Part shown: in pieces, positions 9,405 to 19,403 of the stretch
How positions within the stretch are numbered: the first letter of the stretch is position 1
How the letters are laid out: each line of letters begins with the position of its first letter
Assembly: GCA_000965745.1 (NCBI GenBank)
Contig: CP009479.1
Coordinates: 1,408,001-1,472,000 of the forward strand
DNA length: 64,000 nucleotides
Origin: an uncultured archaeon
Lineage (GTDB): Archaea > Thermoplasmatota > Thermoplasmata > Thermoplasmatales > Thermoplasmataceae
Reading direction: 5' to 3'
Position numbers and translations under genes: made by a program
The notes under the pieces: model-generated
Told to the model about the DNA's origin: nothing
Database searches by the model: none
The model's input: the letters and a program-made list of their open reading frames with translations, nothing else

Positions 9405-10715
9405 CTAGTTTCCAGGCTTGCCTTTATCATCAGGCCCAATCTTGGAAGTGCCATCCCGAAAGACCACTTCCCTCCTTGGGACTGCGATCTTGATTCCATT
9501 TTTGTCGAACTCTTTTTTAATGTTGTACAGTGATTCCTTCTCAAGTGTCCAGTTATCATTCTGGTTCCTCGCCCTTCCCAGCGCCCGCAGCTGGACTCCG
9601 TATTCCGTATAGTCCATTACAAGCACGCTTGGCATACCTTCTGTCGGGTAGAAAAGCGGGTGTTTTCTGATCACATCCTTCATAATCTCCATTGCTTTGT
9701 CAAGGTCACTCTCAAGAGTGATCTGCATATAGATAACAGCCAGTTTTGTCTCGTCCACTGCGTTGTAGTTAACCACAATTGTATTCAGGAACATGTTGTT
9801 GGGCACCATCAGCCTGCGCCCGTCCCAGGTTCTTAAAACAGTGAATATCAGCTTGATATCCTCCACGAAGCAATAGTTGCTGTCGAAAATTATGGCGTCC
9901 CCGATTCTGAAGGGCTGGGCGATGGAAACAACACCGCCGGCAATGAGGTTGGAAAGGCTGGATTGTGCAGCAAGACCGATCACTATCGATGTGAACCCTG
10001 CCGCCACGAAGAGAGATGCGATTGCACCCGAAGCGCTCGGGAATGCACTGAATCCTGCTGCCGCTGCTCCCACGAGTGCTATTATGCCTATTAGAACACG
10101 CCTTCCGAAGGTAATGGTTGTGTGAAGCTGTGGCTGTTTTCCCTTTATTGTGCTCTGGTATCGCAGTATTATGAGGTTTATGATATATACAATAATGTAT
10201 GTGAGGATAAGTCCCGTTATGAAACTTACAACCTGGAATGCACTCGCCGCTATGATGGGGCTTATTGGCGATGTGAAGATGATGTAGAACAGGGCTATGA
10301 GCCCGATGGAGTATATCCCCAGAAGAAGGAGGCGCCTCCCTCCGTTTCTAATGTTGAAGAAGTCCCTTATGACAATTGTGCTGATTTTTCTGGCCGCATT
10401 TATAGATACGAGGAGAAGAACCAGCTCAAAAATGAAAATGATGGTCCCCTCACTCAGATAATCTGGAAAGAGATGGGGATGTATTCTGCCAACTATTACC
10501 AGAACAATTCCGAGTACTACAACTGGAACAGGCCCCCTGATGACAACCATTATTGATTTTTTGAACTCTTTCGCCCTGTTGGACCTGCTCAGCGAAATCC
10601 TGACCGCAACGTAAATTGTTATGATCACCCCCAGGGCAAGGACCAGGGGTAGGACAAGTGACACGAAGTAGTCAGAAAGGTACCTGAAGAATACAATTAC
10701 GTCCATGGGCCTCAC
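9405..10715 (-). CDS. Mechanosensitive ion channel, MscS family
   Basis: Multiple TM helices followed by IGLAAQSSLSNLIAG, QPFRIGD and VPNN motifs. Confidence 0.92.
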   Translation of the reverse strand: MRPMDVIVFFRYLSDYFVSLVLPLVLALGVIITIYVAVRISLSRSNRAKEFKKSIMVVIRGPVPVVVLGIVLVIVGRIHPHLFPDYLSEGTIIFIFELVLLLVSINAARKISTIVIRDFFNIRNGGRRLLLLGIYSIGLIALFYIIFTSPISPIIAASAFQVVSFITGLILTYIIVYIINLIILRYQSTIKGKQPQLHTTITFGRRVLIGIIALVGAAAAGFSAFPSASGAIASLFVAAGFTSIVIGLAAQSSLSNLIAGGVVSIAQPFRIGDAIIFDSNYCFVEDIKLIFTVLRTWDGRRLMVPNNMFLNTIVVNYNAVDETKLAVIYMQITLESDLDKAMEIMKDVIRKHPLFYPTEGMPSVLVMDYTEYGVQLRALGRARNQNDNWTLEKESLYNIKKEFDKNGIKIAVPRREVVFRDGTSKIGPDDKGKPGN

Positions 10716-10899
10716 ATTTCGGCTTGCTTTTCAGATCGATCAGTTGTTTGGAATATAAAGGCTAATCGTCTATGGTATAAATGATTTATTTGCAATTTTT
10801 GCATCAAATTTACGAGAAAGTGCTCGTTTTGTCTACGAGTTCCGTTGGAGACGCAAGAATTGAACCATATTTATTATAAGTGGTAAGTAATAGCACCCG

Positions 10900-12039
10900 A
10901 TGGTTTCCTCTAGACTTGACAGCATAAGCGCGTCTCCAACTATCAGCCTTTCCAACAGGGCAGCAGAGTTGCAGAGAAAGGGAATGAAAGTATACAATTT
11001 TGGTGTTGGGGAGCCTGATTTCACGACTCCGGAGAACGTCATCGACTACGCATTCGAATGGGCAAAAAAAGGCAAAACGCACTACACACCTTCCAGAGGA
11101 ATAATGGAACTGAGGGAAAAGATAGTTGAGGAGGCAAAAGCAGCCAACAACATTGACGTAACATCCAAGAATGTACTGGTTTCTTCTGCAAAATTTGCGA
11201 TCAACATGGGACTTATGTGCATCCTTGAAGCGGGAGAAGAAGTGCTTCTTCCTGAGCCTTACTATTCATCATATCCCGATATTGTGAAACTTGCGGGAGG
11301 CAAGCCGATTCCGGTCCAGACCGACGAGGAGTATGATTTTGACTTTGACGCTATGTCAAAGCTTGTTGGCCCAAACACCAGGGCAATAATAATCAGCAAT
11401 CCTACCAACCCCACAGGGAAGGTCTATTCTGAAAAAACTTTGAGGAAGCTCACTGACTTTCTTCTTGAGAATGACCTGCACCTAATTTCTGACGAGATAT
11501 ATTCAGAGCTCATTTACGAGGGCAAGATGTTTTCCCCCGCATCCATCGACGAAGCGAGTGACAGGGTGATCACTATTGGCGGATTCTCCAAGAGCCACGC
11601 CATGACAGGCTGGAGGATCGGGTACATGCTTGCATCATCAGACATCATTGACGCATCAGACAAAATCCAGCAGCAGACTGTTACATGTGCACCATCTATT
11701 TCTCAATACGCAGCACTCGAGGCACTGAGAGACAAGGAAAGCCCGAAGCGAATGAAGGAGGAGTTCAGAAGAAGAAGGGACATGGTATCCAAACTGCTTT
11801 CCGAAACCGGGAAACTTAAATTCAGGATGCCCGAAGGAACCTTCTATTTCTTCCCGTCCTATGAATCCGACATTCCTTCCAAGACTTTCAGTGAGAACCT
11901 GCTAAATGAGAAGCAGGTAATAACTACGCCTGGAATTGCCTTTGGCGGTCAGGGGGAACGGCACTTCAGGGCTTCCTTTGCTGCATCCGATGAAGTGATA
12001 AATGAAGGCTTGAGCAGGCTTAACGACTTCATTTCATAA
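10900..12039 (+). CDS. PLP-dependent class I/II aminotransferase (aspartate aminotransferase-like)
   Basis: GEPDF, SNPTNPTG, SDEIY, GFSKSHAMTGWRIG. Confidence 0.93.
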   Translation: MVSSRLDSISASPTISLSNRAAELQRKGMKVYNFGVGEPDFTTPENVIDYAFEWAKKGKTHYTPSRGIMELREKIVEEAKAANNIDVTSKNVLVSSAKFAINMGLMCILEAGEEVLLPEPYYSSYPDIVKLAGGKPIPVQTDEEYDFDFDAMSKLVGPNTRAIIISNPTNPTGKVYSEKTLRKLTDFLLENDLHLISDEIYSELIYEGKMFSPASIDEASDRVITIGGFSKSHAMTGWRIGYMLASSDIIDASDKIQQQTVTCAPSISQYAALEALRDKESPKRMKEEFRRRRDMVSKLLSETGKLKFRMPEGTFYFFPSYESDIPSKTFSENLLNEKQVITTPGIAFGGQGERHFRASFAASDEVINEGLSRLNDFIS

Positions 12040-12054
12040 TTTTACGCTAAGAAT

Positions 12055-13080
12055 TCAACTTCTTCTCTTCAGGATTATTATGCTATGGTTCTCCACGCTG
12101 CTATCTGGCGAAATGGTTGAAACTACTCTTCCACCTTTCCTGAATCCGAGTATGAATGTACCCGGAACTTCATACTCGTTGTATACCAATGAAAATGGCT
12201 TTCCCGAATACTTTTTCAGGTCTATCTCCTTAAGCTCGGTATCTCCCTTTCCATAGATCAGGTCTTTGAGGATCTTGGACAGCCCGGGATGATCAATAGA
12301 GTTCGAAATAAGCTGTGAGGACAATTTCCCCTTGACAATTATTTCGTCTATACCTACATTGACTGCATGAACTTCGTTGGCCGAATCTAGAATTTCGGCT
12401 ACCACATACGTGTCAGGATTGCTCTTTCTGACAGTCATGCCCATCAGGATGGTTCTGGCATCTACTTCCGAGTACTCTTCATCGCTTGCAGATCTTCCAG
12501 ATAATATGATCACAGTATCTGATTTTGAAATTCCTGCATTTTTGAGGGACTCCTCTTCAAGGCAGCTTCCTTTCACATACCTGAACTCAATCCCTTCTTC
12601 CTTAATTTCAGACCTTGCCACTACCACTACCGGGACAGATTTTCTGTTCAGTTCGCTTATTATATCCTTTCCAGTTGAATCAAAGTTGCATATGATTACA
12701 TGCTCTCTCAATCTTAGCCTCACTCTCCCTATTCTCTGTGATATCTTGGAATTAACTATATTTGCAGACACAGATGCAAGCAGGTAGCCTAAGCTCCCAA
12801 TTCCCACCACCATTATTAGCATTGCATTCAGCCTTCCAAGATACCCTATGACTGCGGTATCTCCGTAACCAACGGTTGTCAGTGTCTGCATTGTCCACCA
12901 GAGACTTGTGAACAGGCTGTGTATTCCAGAAGAAGGTATGCTGTTTTCAAGGTAGTACTCTGACAGTGTACCGTAAATTATCACAGTTATTGTACTGAGG
13001 GATGACCCTACAACCCCTTTCTTTATGGTTTTGCCAATTTTCCTTAGGAATATCCATATGGGAATCATTTGCAGCCTCAA
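12055..13080 (-). CDS. Potassium channel with RCK domain (MthK-like)
   Basis: TTVGYGD selectivity filter between two TM helices, followed by an RCK/TrkA-N domain. Confidence 0.92.
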   Translation of the reverse strand: MRLQMIPIWIFLRKIGKTIKKGVVGSSLSTITVIIYGTLSEYYLENSIPSSGIHSLFTSLWWTMQTLTTVGYGDTAVIGYLGRLNAMLIMVVGIGSLGYLLASVSANIVNSKISQRIGRVRLRLREHVIICNFDSTGKDIISELNRKSVPVVVVARSEIKEEGIEFRYVKGSCLEEESLKNAGISKSDTVIILSGRSASDEEYSEVDARTILMGMTVRKSNPDTYVVAEILDSANEVHAVNVGIDEIIVKGKLSSQLISNSIDHPGLSKILKDLIYGKGDTELKEIDLKKYSGKPFSLVYNEYEVPGTFILGFRKGGRVVSTISPDSSVENHSIIILKRRS

Positions 13081-13158
13081 ATAATCACTAATTCTTTAGT
13101 GTTGTTGCCCTCCTCAATATGTCATTGATCATATTTTAAACCTCATTCAGGTTGCCCA

Positions 13159-13636
13159 TCACTTTCGAGCGTCTTTCCTTCCAGCTGGCCTGAAGGGATC
13201 TGAGTGCCTCAGTACAGAGAATGTAAGGCCAATTATCGGGCTGGTTGAGATGAACGCTTCAACCTGGACAAGGAAAGGTACTGAATTGTCCGGAATTATT
13301 CCTTTGGCAAAATCGGTGACCATTAATCTTATGCCGATGAAAATAGTAAATAGAAAAAGCCTGTTGACCCGGCCAAGAATTGGATGCTGAAGGCTTTCAC
13401 CGGAGATATTCGGTATAAGACCAACCAGAACCGGATACGCGGCAAGAAGAAGTCCTGAAATGTGTCATAAAGCGACAGGAGCGCCTGGTTTGAAAAGAAA
13501 ACGACAATTTGGGCCCAACATTAGGAAGATAGGCTGGAACATAGCTGTTTCTCAGATAGTTTCTAGCGAGAAGTAAGGTGATTGCAGGAGGTAATATCAC
13601 TATCGTCCCGACCCTGTGCAGGCTTCTACCATCCAT
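13159..13636 (-). pseudogene. Possible decayed membrane-protein gene
   Basis: Hydrophobic ORF start at 13636, then a second frame MFQPIFLMLG...PVAL, an in-frame TGA (13465-13467) and 101 further sense codons (HISGLLLAAYPVLVGL...LFLFTIFIGIRLMV...) to TGA 13159. Confidence 0.35.
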
Positions 13637-13805
13637 ATGGCCCTGACTCCTGCCATATTACGATCACACGGGCAGAAAGCCCACATGCTTTAGCCATGTG
13701 AGCATGTCCGGGCACCCATAACGGTAGGCAGATAAAATTATCTATCATTTCCCTGCAATAATTTTTATCCTAACAATGCCCTAATGGAAGTAGACTGGTG
13801 ATTAA

Positions 13806-14747
13806 TTGTCTATTGCAGTATTACTTGAAGCGGGGGTTATTTCAGCCATTGTTGCCTTTATTGTATCTTTCTTCACAGTGAAGTTTCTCGCCATAAAAGG
13901 GAGGAGACGCCTTCCAGTCAATAAACTCGCAAAACCAGAAAGGAAATACGAGGATCCACGACGGCAGAAACCGATTAACAAGAAGGTGAAGGAGAAAGAA
14001 AAATCCAGGAAAATGGAGTATGAGACTAGCCCGGATCATAGCGCAGTCCTCCGAAAGATAGCATCGGACATGAGATCGCAGCTTAAGGGCTTCAGCGATT
14101 CCATCTCCAGGGTGCCCGTTCCTGTCGTTGTTCCAGAGATTTCTACGATGGCTCTGTGGTCAGACCTTATCCGCAACCATCTTCAGGAGAATGAATTTGA
14201 CTTTGAATCCGGCTGGTACAGGTACATAGAACTCTTAAGGGAGCATTCAAGGCTGGAGGCAAACCTGTTCATAGATATCGAGGCACTTATAAAGGAGAAA
14301 ATGGTTGGGTACGCTGCAGTAAATAATGACAATGTGAACATTGCCCCTCCGGAGAACACTGTTTATTACAATTCTGAGCTAATAGGATCTATAATGAGGA
14401 ACTGGCTGGACTCAATACGCGGTTCTGATCTTCATTATCCTCTTGATAACGGAACAGACTTGGGCATGGAGGATGCCAAGAAGTATCTCAAGATACCGGA
14501 TGCAAGGTTCCTTACACTATATAACAAGAAAATAGGGTCAGGGCCCGAGGTGATTGTAGAAGAACTGGAGACCATAGCTAGAGAACTTCTGTTGAACTTT
14601 CACGACACCCCTTCATTCGTGAAATACAGATCGAACCTGACTGAAAATGAAACCGAGGTAACGACGCTTCAAACCAGGCTGAAGGGCATTCTCAGCAACC
14701 TTGAGGCTTTGCCAGTCTTCAAGGGGCTCTGCGAATATTCGCATTGA
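13806..14747 (+). CDS. Hypothetical protein with N-terminal membrane anchor and Lys/Arg-rich linker
   Basis: 313-aa ORF with one N-terminal TM helix, a basic linker and a helical body. Family not recognised. Confidence 0.75.
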   Translation: MSIAVLLEAGVISAIVAFIVSFFTVKFLAIKGRRRLPVNKLAKPERKYEDPRRQKPINKKVKEKEKSRKMEYETSPDHSAVLRKIASDMRSQLKGFSDSISRVPVPVVVPEISTMALWSDLIRNHLQENEFDFESGWYRYIELLREHSRLEANLFIDIEALIKEKMVGYAAVNNDNVNIAPPENTVYYNSELIGSIMRNWLDSIRGSDLHYPLDNGTDLGMEDAKKYLKIPDARFLTLYNKKIGSGPEVIVEELETIARELLLNFHDTPSFVKYRSNLTENETEVTTLQTRLKGILSNLEALPVFKGLCEYSH

Positions 14748-14774
14748 ACACCCTACAAAGAGGATATGTCAGGT

Positions 14775-14993
14775 TCAACGGCCCCTAAGCCACTGGCCTA
14801 TGAGTATCGAAAGAACAATGAGCCCCGCAGCCAGCAAAACTAGGCCGGAAATCAGCACCGTTCTGTGAATGCTGGATACAACCTCCGATATAACAACGCC
14901 GATCAAGTACCCGCCAACAACCGTTATCACTATACCTACGATGAATGTAATCAGTTTGTATGGTATCTCCCCATTCTTGCTGCCTTCTGCCAT
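14775..14993 (-). CDS. Small two-TM membrane protein
   Basis: 72 aa with two hydrophobic helices; AT-rich promoter-like sequence upstream. Confidence 0.75.
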   Translation of the reverse strand: MAEGSKNGEIPYKLITFIVGIVITVVGGYLIGVVISEVVSSIHRTVLISGLVLLAAGLIVLSILIGQWLRGR

Positions 14994-15079
14994 ATTGATC
15001 AGTTAATATTATTATATTTTAAATATTAACATTTTGTATAATTATTGTAACATGTATACCATGCGCCTGCTGCATCATC

Positions 15080-16180
15080 CTAACTTCTTGGCTCTATGTG
15101 TGTGAGAAGCCTGTAACCAGGGAATTTCTGGCGAAATCTTTCATCAAGTTTGTGGGCTACATCATGAGCCTTCTCAAGTGTAATATTCCTTTCAAACACA
15201 AGATGCAACTCTGCAATTGATGTACCGAGAGACTCTCTGATCTCCAGCCCATGAAAGCCAACAATCTCCTCTTCCTGGTTTATCAGGTCCTTGATAGATT
15301 TCTCTATATCTTCTATTAAGGCAGTTCTACGTGTATCGACATGAACATGCGCAGAATAAAAGCCGTTATTCGTCAGCTCATCCTGCACCATGTGGGAAAT
15401 TGCGTGAGCCGAAGAGGCATCCAGATTGCCTGAGAGCACAATTGTGATATTGACAACAACCCTTTCCCCGTATTCATGGACTTCTATTTTTCCTATGTCT
15501 CTCACTCCTTTGATTCCCAGGGAAATCAGCCTGGCCTTGTCTATCAGGTCCTTGCTCTGGAAGCCTCCCATTAGCTGATTTATGCTCTTCCTGCCGTAAG
15601 AAAATCCAAGGTAAATCAAGAACAATGCAATTGCCGCACCGATCGCAGGATCAACGAAATTATACCCCTGCCCACTCAATATGAGTCCGACAATAACTGC
15701 TCCGGTAACGAGGTTGTCTGATTGTTCATGCCAGTAATCGGCCGACATGAATTCTGCTGACTTCTCCTTGCCCAGCCTTGAAACATAGACGCCAAGGAAG
15801 AACTTGACCGGTATCGTGATAGCAATCAGGATCACGTAAAGAGTGGAATATCTTATGACAGCAAGATGCCGTATGTCGAAGTATTCCCCTCCGAGTATAG
15901 CTGCACCGGTGGCTATCAACGTAGCCGCAAGGACAAAGAGAACCACGTACTCGGCACGTCCATGCCCGAATGTGTGCTCCTCGTCAGGAGGCATGTAGGC
16001 ATATGTTATCCCTGCGAACATTGACAATCCAACCAGAGCATCCGTCAAGGAATTGAAAGAATCTGAAACAAGAGCGTAACTGTGGATATACACGCCAATG
16101 ATAAGCTTGTATACAAACAAGGCCACGTTCACGGATAGAACAACAATTGAACCTGTTTTCAGTACGGCTCCCCTGTCCAA
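15080..16180 (-). CDS. Cation diffusion facilitator family transporter (FieF-like) with two C-terminal cytosolic domains
   Basis: SDSFNSLTD, HTFGHGRAE, ADYWHEQSD; C-terminal repeats ending HVHVD and LTHIEP. Confidence 0.9.
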   Translation of the reverse strand: MDRGAVLKTGSIVVLSVNVALFVYKLIIGVYIHSYALVSDSFNSLTDALVGLSMFAGITYAYMPPDEEHTFGHGRAEYVVLFVLAATLIATGAAILGGEYFDIRHLAVIRYSTLYVILIAITIPVKFFLGVYVSRLGKEKSAEFMSADYWHEQSDNLVTGAVIVGLILSGQGYNFVDPAIGAAIALFLIYLGFSYGRKSINQLMGGFQSKDLIDKARLISLGIKGVRDIGKIEVHEYGERVVVNITIVLSGNLDASSAHAISHMVQDELTNNGFYSAHVHVDTRRTALIEDIEKSIKDLINQEEEIVGFHGLEIRESLGTSIAELHLVFERNITLEKAHDVAHKLDERFRQKFPGYRLLTHIEPRS

Positions 16181-16326
16181 GGTTTTTGATCATAGTCATC
16201 TGATTTAAATTTGCTTTGGATCTGCAAGCTCTAATTCCCACTGTCAGGCTTGAAAGTCGGGAGTATCATGTCAAAAACATTTATCCGGAAATGTATCATG
16301 TGCACCTGTCTGATTGGGGTAGCAAT

Positions 16327-17157
16327 ATGAGTTTGACAAACAGGACGATCGTTGAAACCGGATGGCTCGCTAAGCATCTGCGCGAAGATGACATTGTAGT
16401 TGCAGATTGCAGGTACAACCTTATGGATTCCTCCGAAGGCCGGAAGAAGTACCTTTCTGGACACATACCCGGAGCCTATTTTGTCGACATGGAAACTGAC
16501 CTCACTGGTGAAAAAAAGGAACATGGCGGCAGGCATCCAATTCCCGACAAGGATGACTTTTCCAAAAAAATGTCAGCCATCGGAGTTGAAAAAGGGAAAA
16601 CGGTAGTTGCGTATGATGACGACCTGTCTGGTGCGTCCAGACTGTGGTGGCTGCTGAATTATTTCGGCCATGATCATGTGTACGTGCTGAACGGCGGCAT
16701 AGGAAAGTGGATGGAGGAGGGTCGTGAGATATCTCTGGAACTCCCGGTTGAAATGAACAGCCGTTTTGAGCCCGCAGTCAACCACGATCTGCTCTTCGAT
16801 GTTCACACTGTCAGGAGCAGCCGATCAAACGTTATTGTCGATTCCCGCGCACCGGAAAGGTATGCGGGCAAACACGAGCCAATAGATTTTAAAGCAGGGC
16901 ACATACCGGGTGCTGTAAACATATTCTACAGGGATGCTATGAATCCAGAGGGGAAGATAAAGGAGCGCGATGACCTGAGGAAGCTCTATAAAAACACGGG
17001 CCCATCCCCCGTTATATATTGTGGTTCGGGCATAACTTCCTGTGTAAACATTCTTGGAATGGCTGTGATCGGAATAGAAGCCAAATTGTATCCTGGCAGC
17101 TGGAGTGACTGGATAAGTTACCCTGAAAACGATGTTGAAACAGAAGCTGGCTCATAG
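16327..17157 (+). CDS. Two-domain rhodanese / mercaptopyruvate sulfurtransferase (SseA-like)
   Basis: GHIPGA twice, ASRLWWLL, active-site YCGSGITSC, LYPGSWSDW. ATG 16327. Confidence 0.93.
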   Translation: MSLTNRTIVETGWLAKHLREDDIVVADCRYNLMDSSEGRKKYLSGHIPGAYFVDMETDLTGEKKEHGGRHPIPDKDDFSKKMSAIGVEKGKTVVAYDDDLSGASRLWWLLNYFGHDHVYVLNGGIGKWMEEGREISLELPVEMNSRFEPAVNHDLLFDVHTVRSSRSNVIVDSRAPERYAGKHEPIDFKAGHIPGAVNIFYRDAMNPEGKIKERDDLRKLYKNTGPSPVIYCGSGITSCVNILGMAVIGIEAKLYPGSWSDWISYPENDVETEAGS

Positions 17158-17168
17158 ATGAGAGGAAA

Positions 17169-17675
17169 TCAAGCCCCAATAAATGGGAGCTCCCTCATGG
17201 AAACCCCAACCATCAGCCTGTCCCAGTCACCCAATGGGATTTTTCTGCACACCAGATAACATCCGCCCTCTTCTTTTGAATCCATTCTGCAGAACTTTCC
17301 GAAGTGGCCATTCTCATTGCTGTTGACCTCGGTGTAGAAGTTCATTTCCTTCCCATGCAGGTAAACTGCCTTATAATCTGTTCGCCGGAAAACAGTATCA
17401 TCATCGTTTTCCTCATCAGGGGCCTCATCCCATTCCCAGAATATCCTCACGTTTCTGATGGAGATGGATCTTCCCATGATTTTTCTAACATGGACCCGGA
17501 TAATCATTTCAACTTCTTCTTCAGCTTTTCCCCATATGACATCCCTTCCGTTTTCTTCAATAATGGACCTGCAGATGGATGGCGCAAATCTTGAGCCGAG
17601 GAGAAAATTTCCACCTTCAAGATCATCCGAAAAGATTCGGATACTCTTCAAGAGCGAACAGTTTTGGACAGGCAC
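17169..17675 (-). CDS. Hypothetical protein
   Basis: 168-aa ORF filling the gap; no recognised motif. Confidence 0.55.
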   Translation of the reverse strand: MPVQNCSLLKSIRIFSDDLEGGNFLLGSRFAPSICRSIIEENGRDVIWGKAEEEVEMIIRVHVRKIMGRSISIRNVRIFWEWDEAPDEENDDDTVFRRTDYKAVYLHGKEMNFYTEVNSNENGHFGKFCRMDSKEEGGCYLVCRKIPLGDWDRLMVGVSMRELPFIGA

Positions 17676-17886
17676 ACAGGAATAAACATGAGGCCTAGTT
17701 AAATGTTGCCACAGAATATCGTATCATCAGCTTGCTATTCTGGTCTGGCTGTTAATGCACGCGCTTTGTAGTTGGAACGATTATGGGCAGATGATGAACC
17801 TGGAAACCAATATCCCATGAAGCTTGCTAATGAACTGTGCGAATGTCCATGGCCGTACTTGAAATAATAATCAGTTTCAGAAGTCA

Positions 17887-19161
17887 TTACTTCCGGCTTG
17901 GCCCCTGTATGTCTGCTCCGCTGTTGATGGTATTGTATTCTTTTTCAATGACAGGGGAGAGTGCGTAGTACCCGAGAGCTGAGATCAGGGAAACTGCTGC
18001 TATTACGTACCAGCCAAGGAATGCGCGCGATATGAGCAGACCGAACAGAAGCGGCCCTATATACGAGGAAAGTGAAATGCCGGCTCTTGAGAAGGCAAAG
18101 TAAAACCCCTGGTACCTCCCCCTATTGTGCTCTCTTGAGAACAGTGTGGCTACTACCTGGGTGGGCACTGCCACCATTATTTCTCCCAGCGTTGTCAGAG
18201 TAATTGCTATCAGCAGCGGTATGAGCCCATCAGCCCTTCCTATGGCAACAAACCCTGCTGCCATGAGGACAGAGCCAAGAGCAATGGGAAACAACCTCAT
18301 TCTTCTCTCTATGCCCATGGCTCTGGAGATCGGGACCTGCAGAACTGTTATAAGAAGGCCGTTTGTCGTGAGGACTATTCCTATTTTCACGCTGGAAAGC
18401 GAAAGGAACTGGGACTCGAAAACGGATAGGGGAATAGCCTGGTACCCTATGGCAAGCCAGGAGATGAAAATGAGCACGAAGAACGGGAAAAGGCCCCGTT
18501 CAAGCCCAAGTGAGAATTTTCCCGGACGTTTGTCATCTTTGAATCTTAGGGCGTATTTCGGGTTAATTTTGATCTTCATCAGGGCCACTACTGCTGAAAC
18601 GAGGGTTACGACAGCCCCGAAAACAAAAATTGAACTGTATCCGTAGTAGGCTATGAGAAACCCTCCTGAAACCGGCCCTATAGTGAAACCCAAATTAACG
18701 CCTACGTAAAGAAGAGACATCCCGCTGGCCATCTGCCCTTTCTGCCTGTCCGATACATGGGAGGAAAGGGCAAGCTGCGAAAGGTTGTTGAACAAGCTGA
18801 GGACGGGGTACGAGATCATGTAAAGAAAAACGGGGCTGTCCTCCACCACAAAAAGTGCCAGCAGTGCATAAAATACAGTGGATACGGACAACCCAATAAC
18901 AGTCAGCGTCTTGGTTCCAAGAACATCTGACAGCCTCCCCCCGACTATCTGGCCTGCAATACCCAACACTCCTGAGGCAAGGTATATTATCCCTACCTGT
19001 GTCACCGGGACACCTTTTACCTGGAGAAGGAAAACAGCAATAAACGGGAAGCTTGTGCTGAACCCTGTATAGGCAAGCGTAACAGCAGTGAAAATGGTGT
19101 AGTTTTCCCTGGCAACATCATTCGGGTCTGCCAAAGGCTGGAGCTGTCCCTTAACGGTCAC
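17887..19161 (-). CDS. MFS transporter
   Basis: About 12 TM helices; motif A-like GGRLSDVLGTK; RGRYQG. Confidence 0.9.
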   Translation of the reverse strand: MTVKGQLQPLADPNDVARENYTIFTAVTLAYTGFSTSFPFIAVFLLQVKGVPVTQVGIIYLASGVLGIAGQIVGGRLSDVLGTKTLTVIGLSVSTVFYALLALFVVEDSPVFLYMISYPVLSLFNNLSQLALSSHVSDRQKGQMASGMSLLYVGVNLGFTIGPVSGGFLIAYYGYSSIFVFGAVVTLVSAVVALMKIKINPKYALRFKDDKRPGKFSLGLERGLFPFFVLIFISWLAIGYQAIPLSVFESQFLSLSSVKIGIVLTTNGLLITVLQVPISRAMGIERRMRLFPIALGSVLMAAGFVAIGRADGLIPLLIAITLTTLGEIMVAVPTQVVATLFSREHNRGRYQGFYFAFSRAGISLSSYIGPLLFGLLISRAFLGWYVIAAVSLISALGYYALSPVIEKEYNTINSGADIQGPSRK

Positions 19162-19403
19162 AGGCCACTCCGAAAGAAGTACTCATTGTATAAACAGGCT
19201 GGAACACTGACATTAGCCATCTAACAATCTCAGAGGTATAATTCATCCCCGGTATGAACCTTTCTTGGAACAGGGTCGACTTTTCCCATCTCGAATATAT
19301 AACCGCTTGGCATGCGATATTTCCGTGAAACCTGACCAAAAATCTCGCCACAGCCTTACATGTACGTCATAACGGTTTAATTCAACCTTCAATTGAATTA
19401 ATT

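Noticed and set aside
13235-13290. TGAGA...AACCTG resembling a TPP riboswitch
   Set aside because: It lacks the CTGAGA/ACCC pairing and the GCG-AGG 3' motif, and no thiamine transporter lies downstream.
15002-15030. Inverted repeat as a possible Xer dif site
   Set aside because: Geometry is 9-11-9 rather than 11-6-11, and it is AT-only promoter sequence.
19151-19351. 66-aa ORF upstream of the MFS gene as a possible leader peptide
   Set aside because: No recognisable features, and it spans the divergent promoter region.
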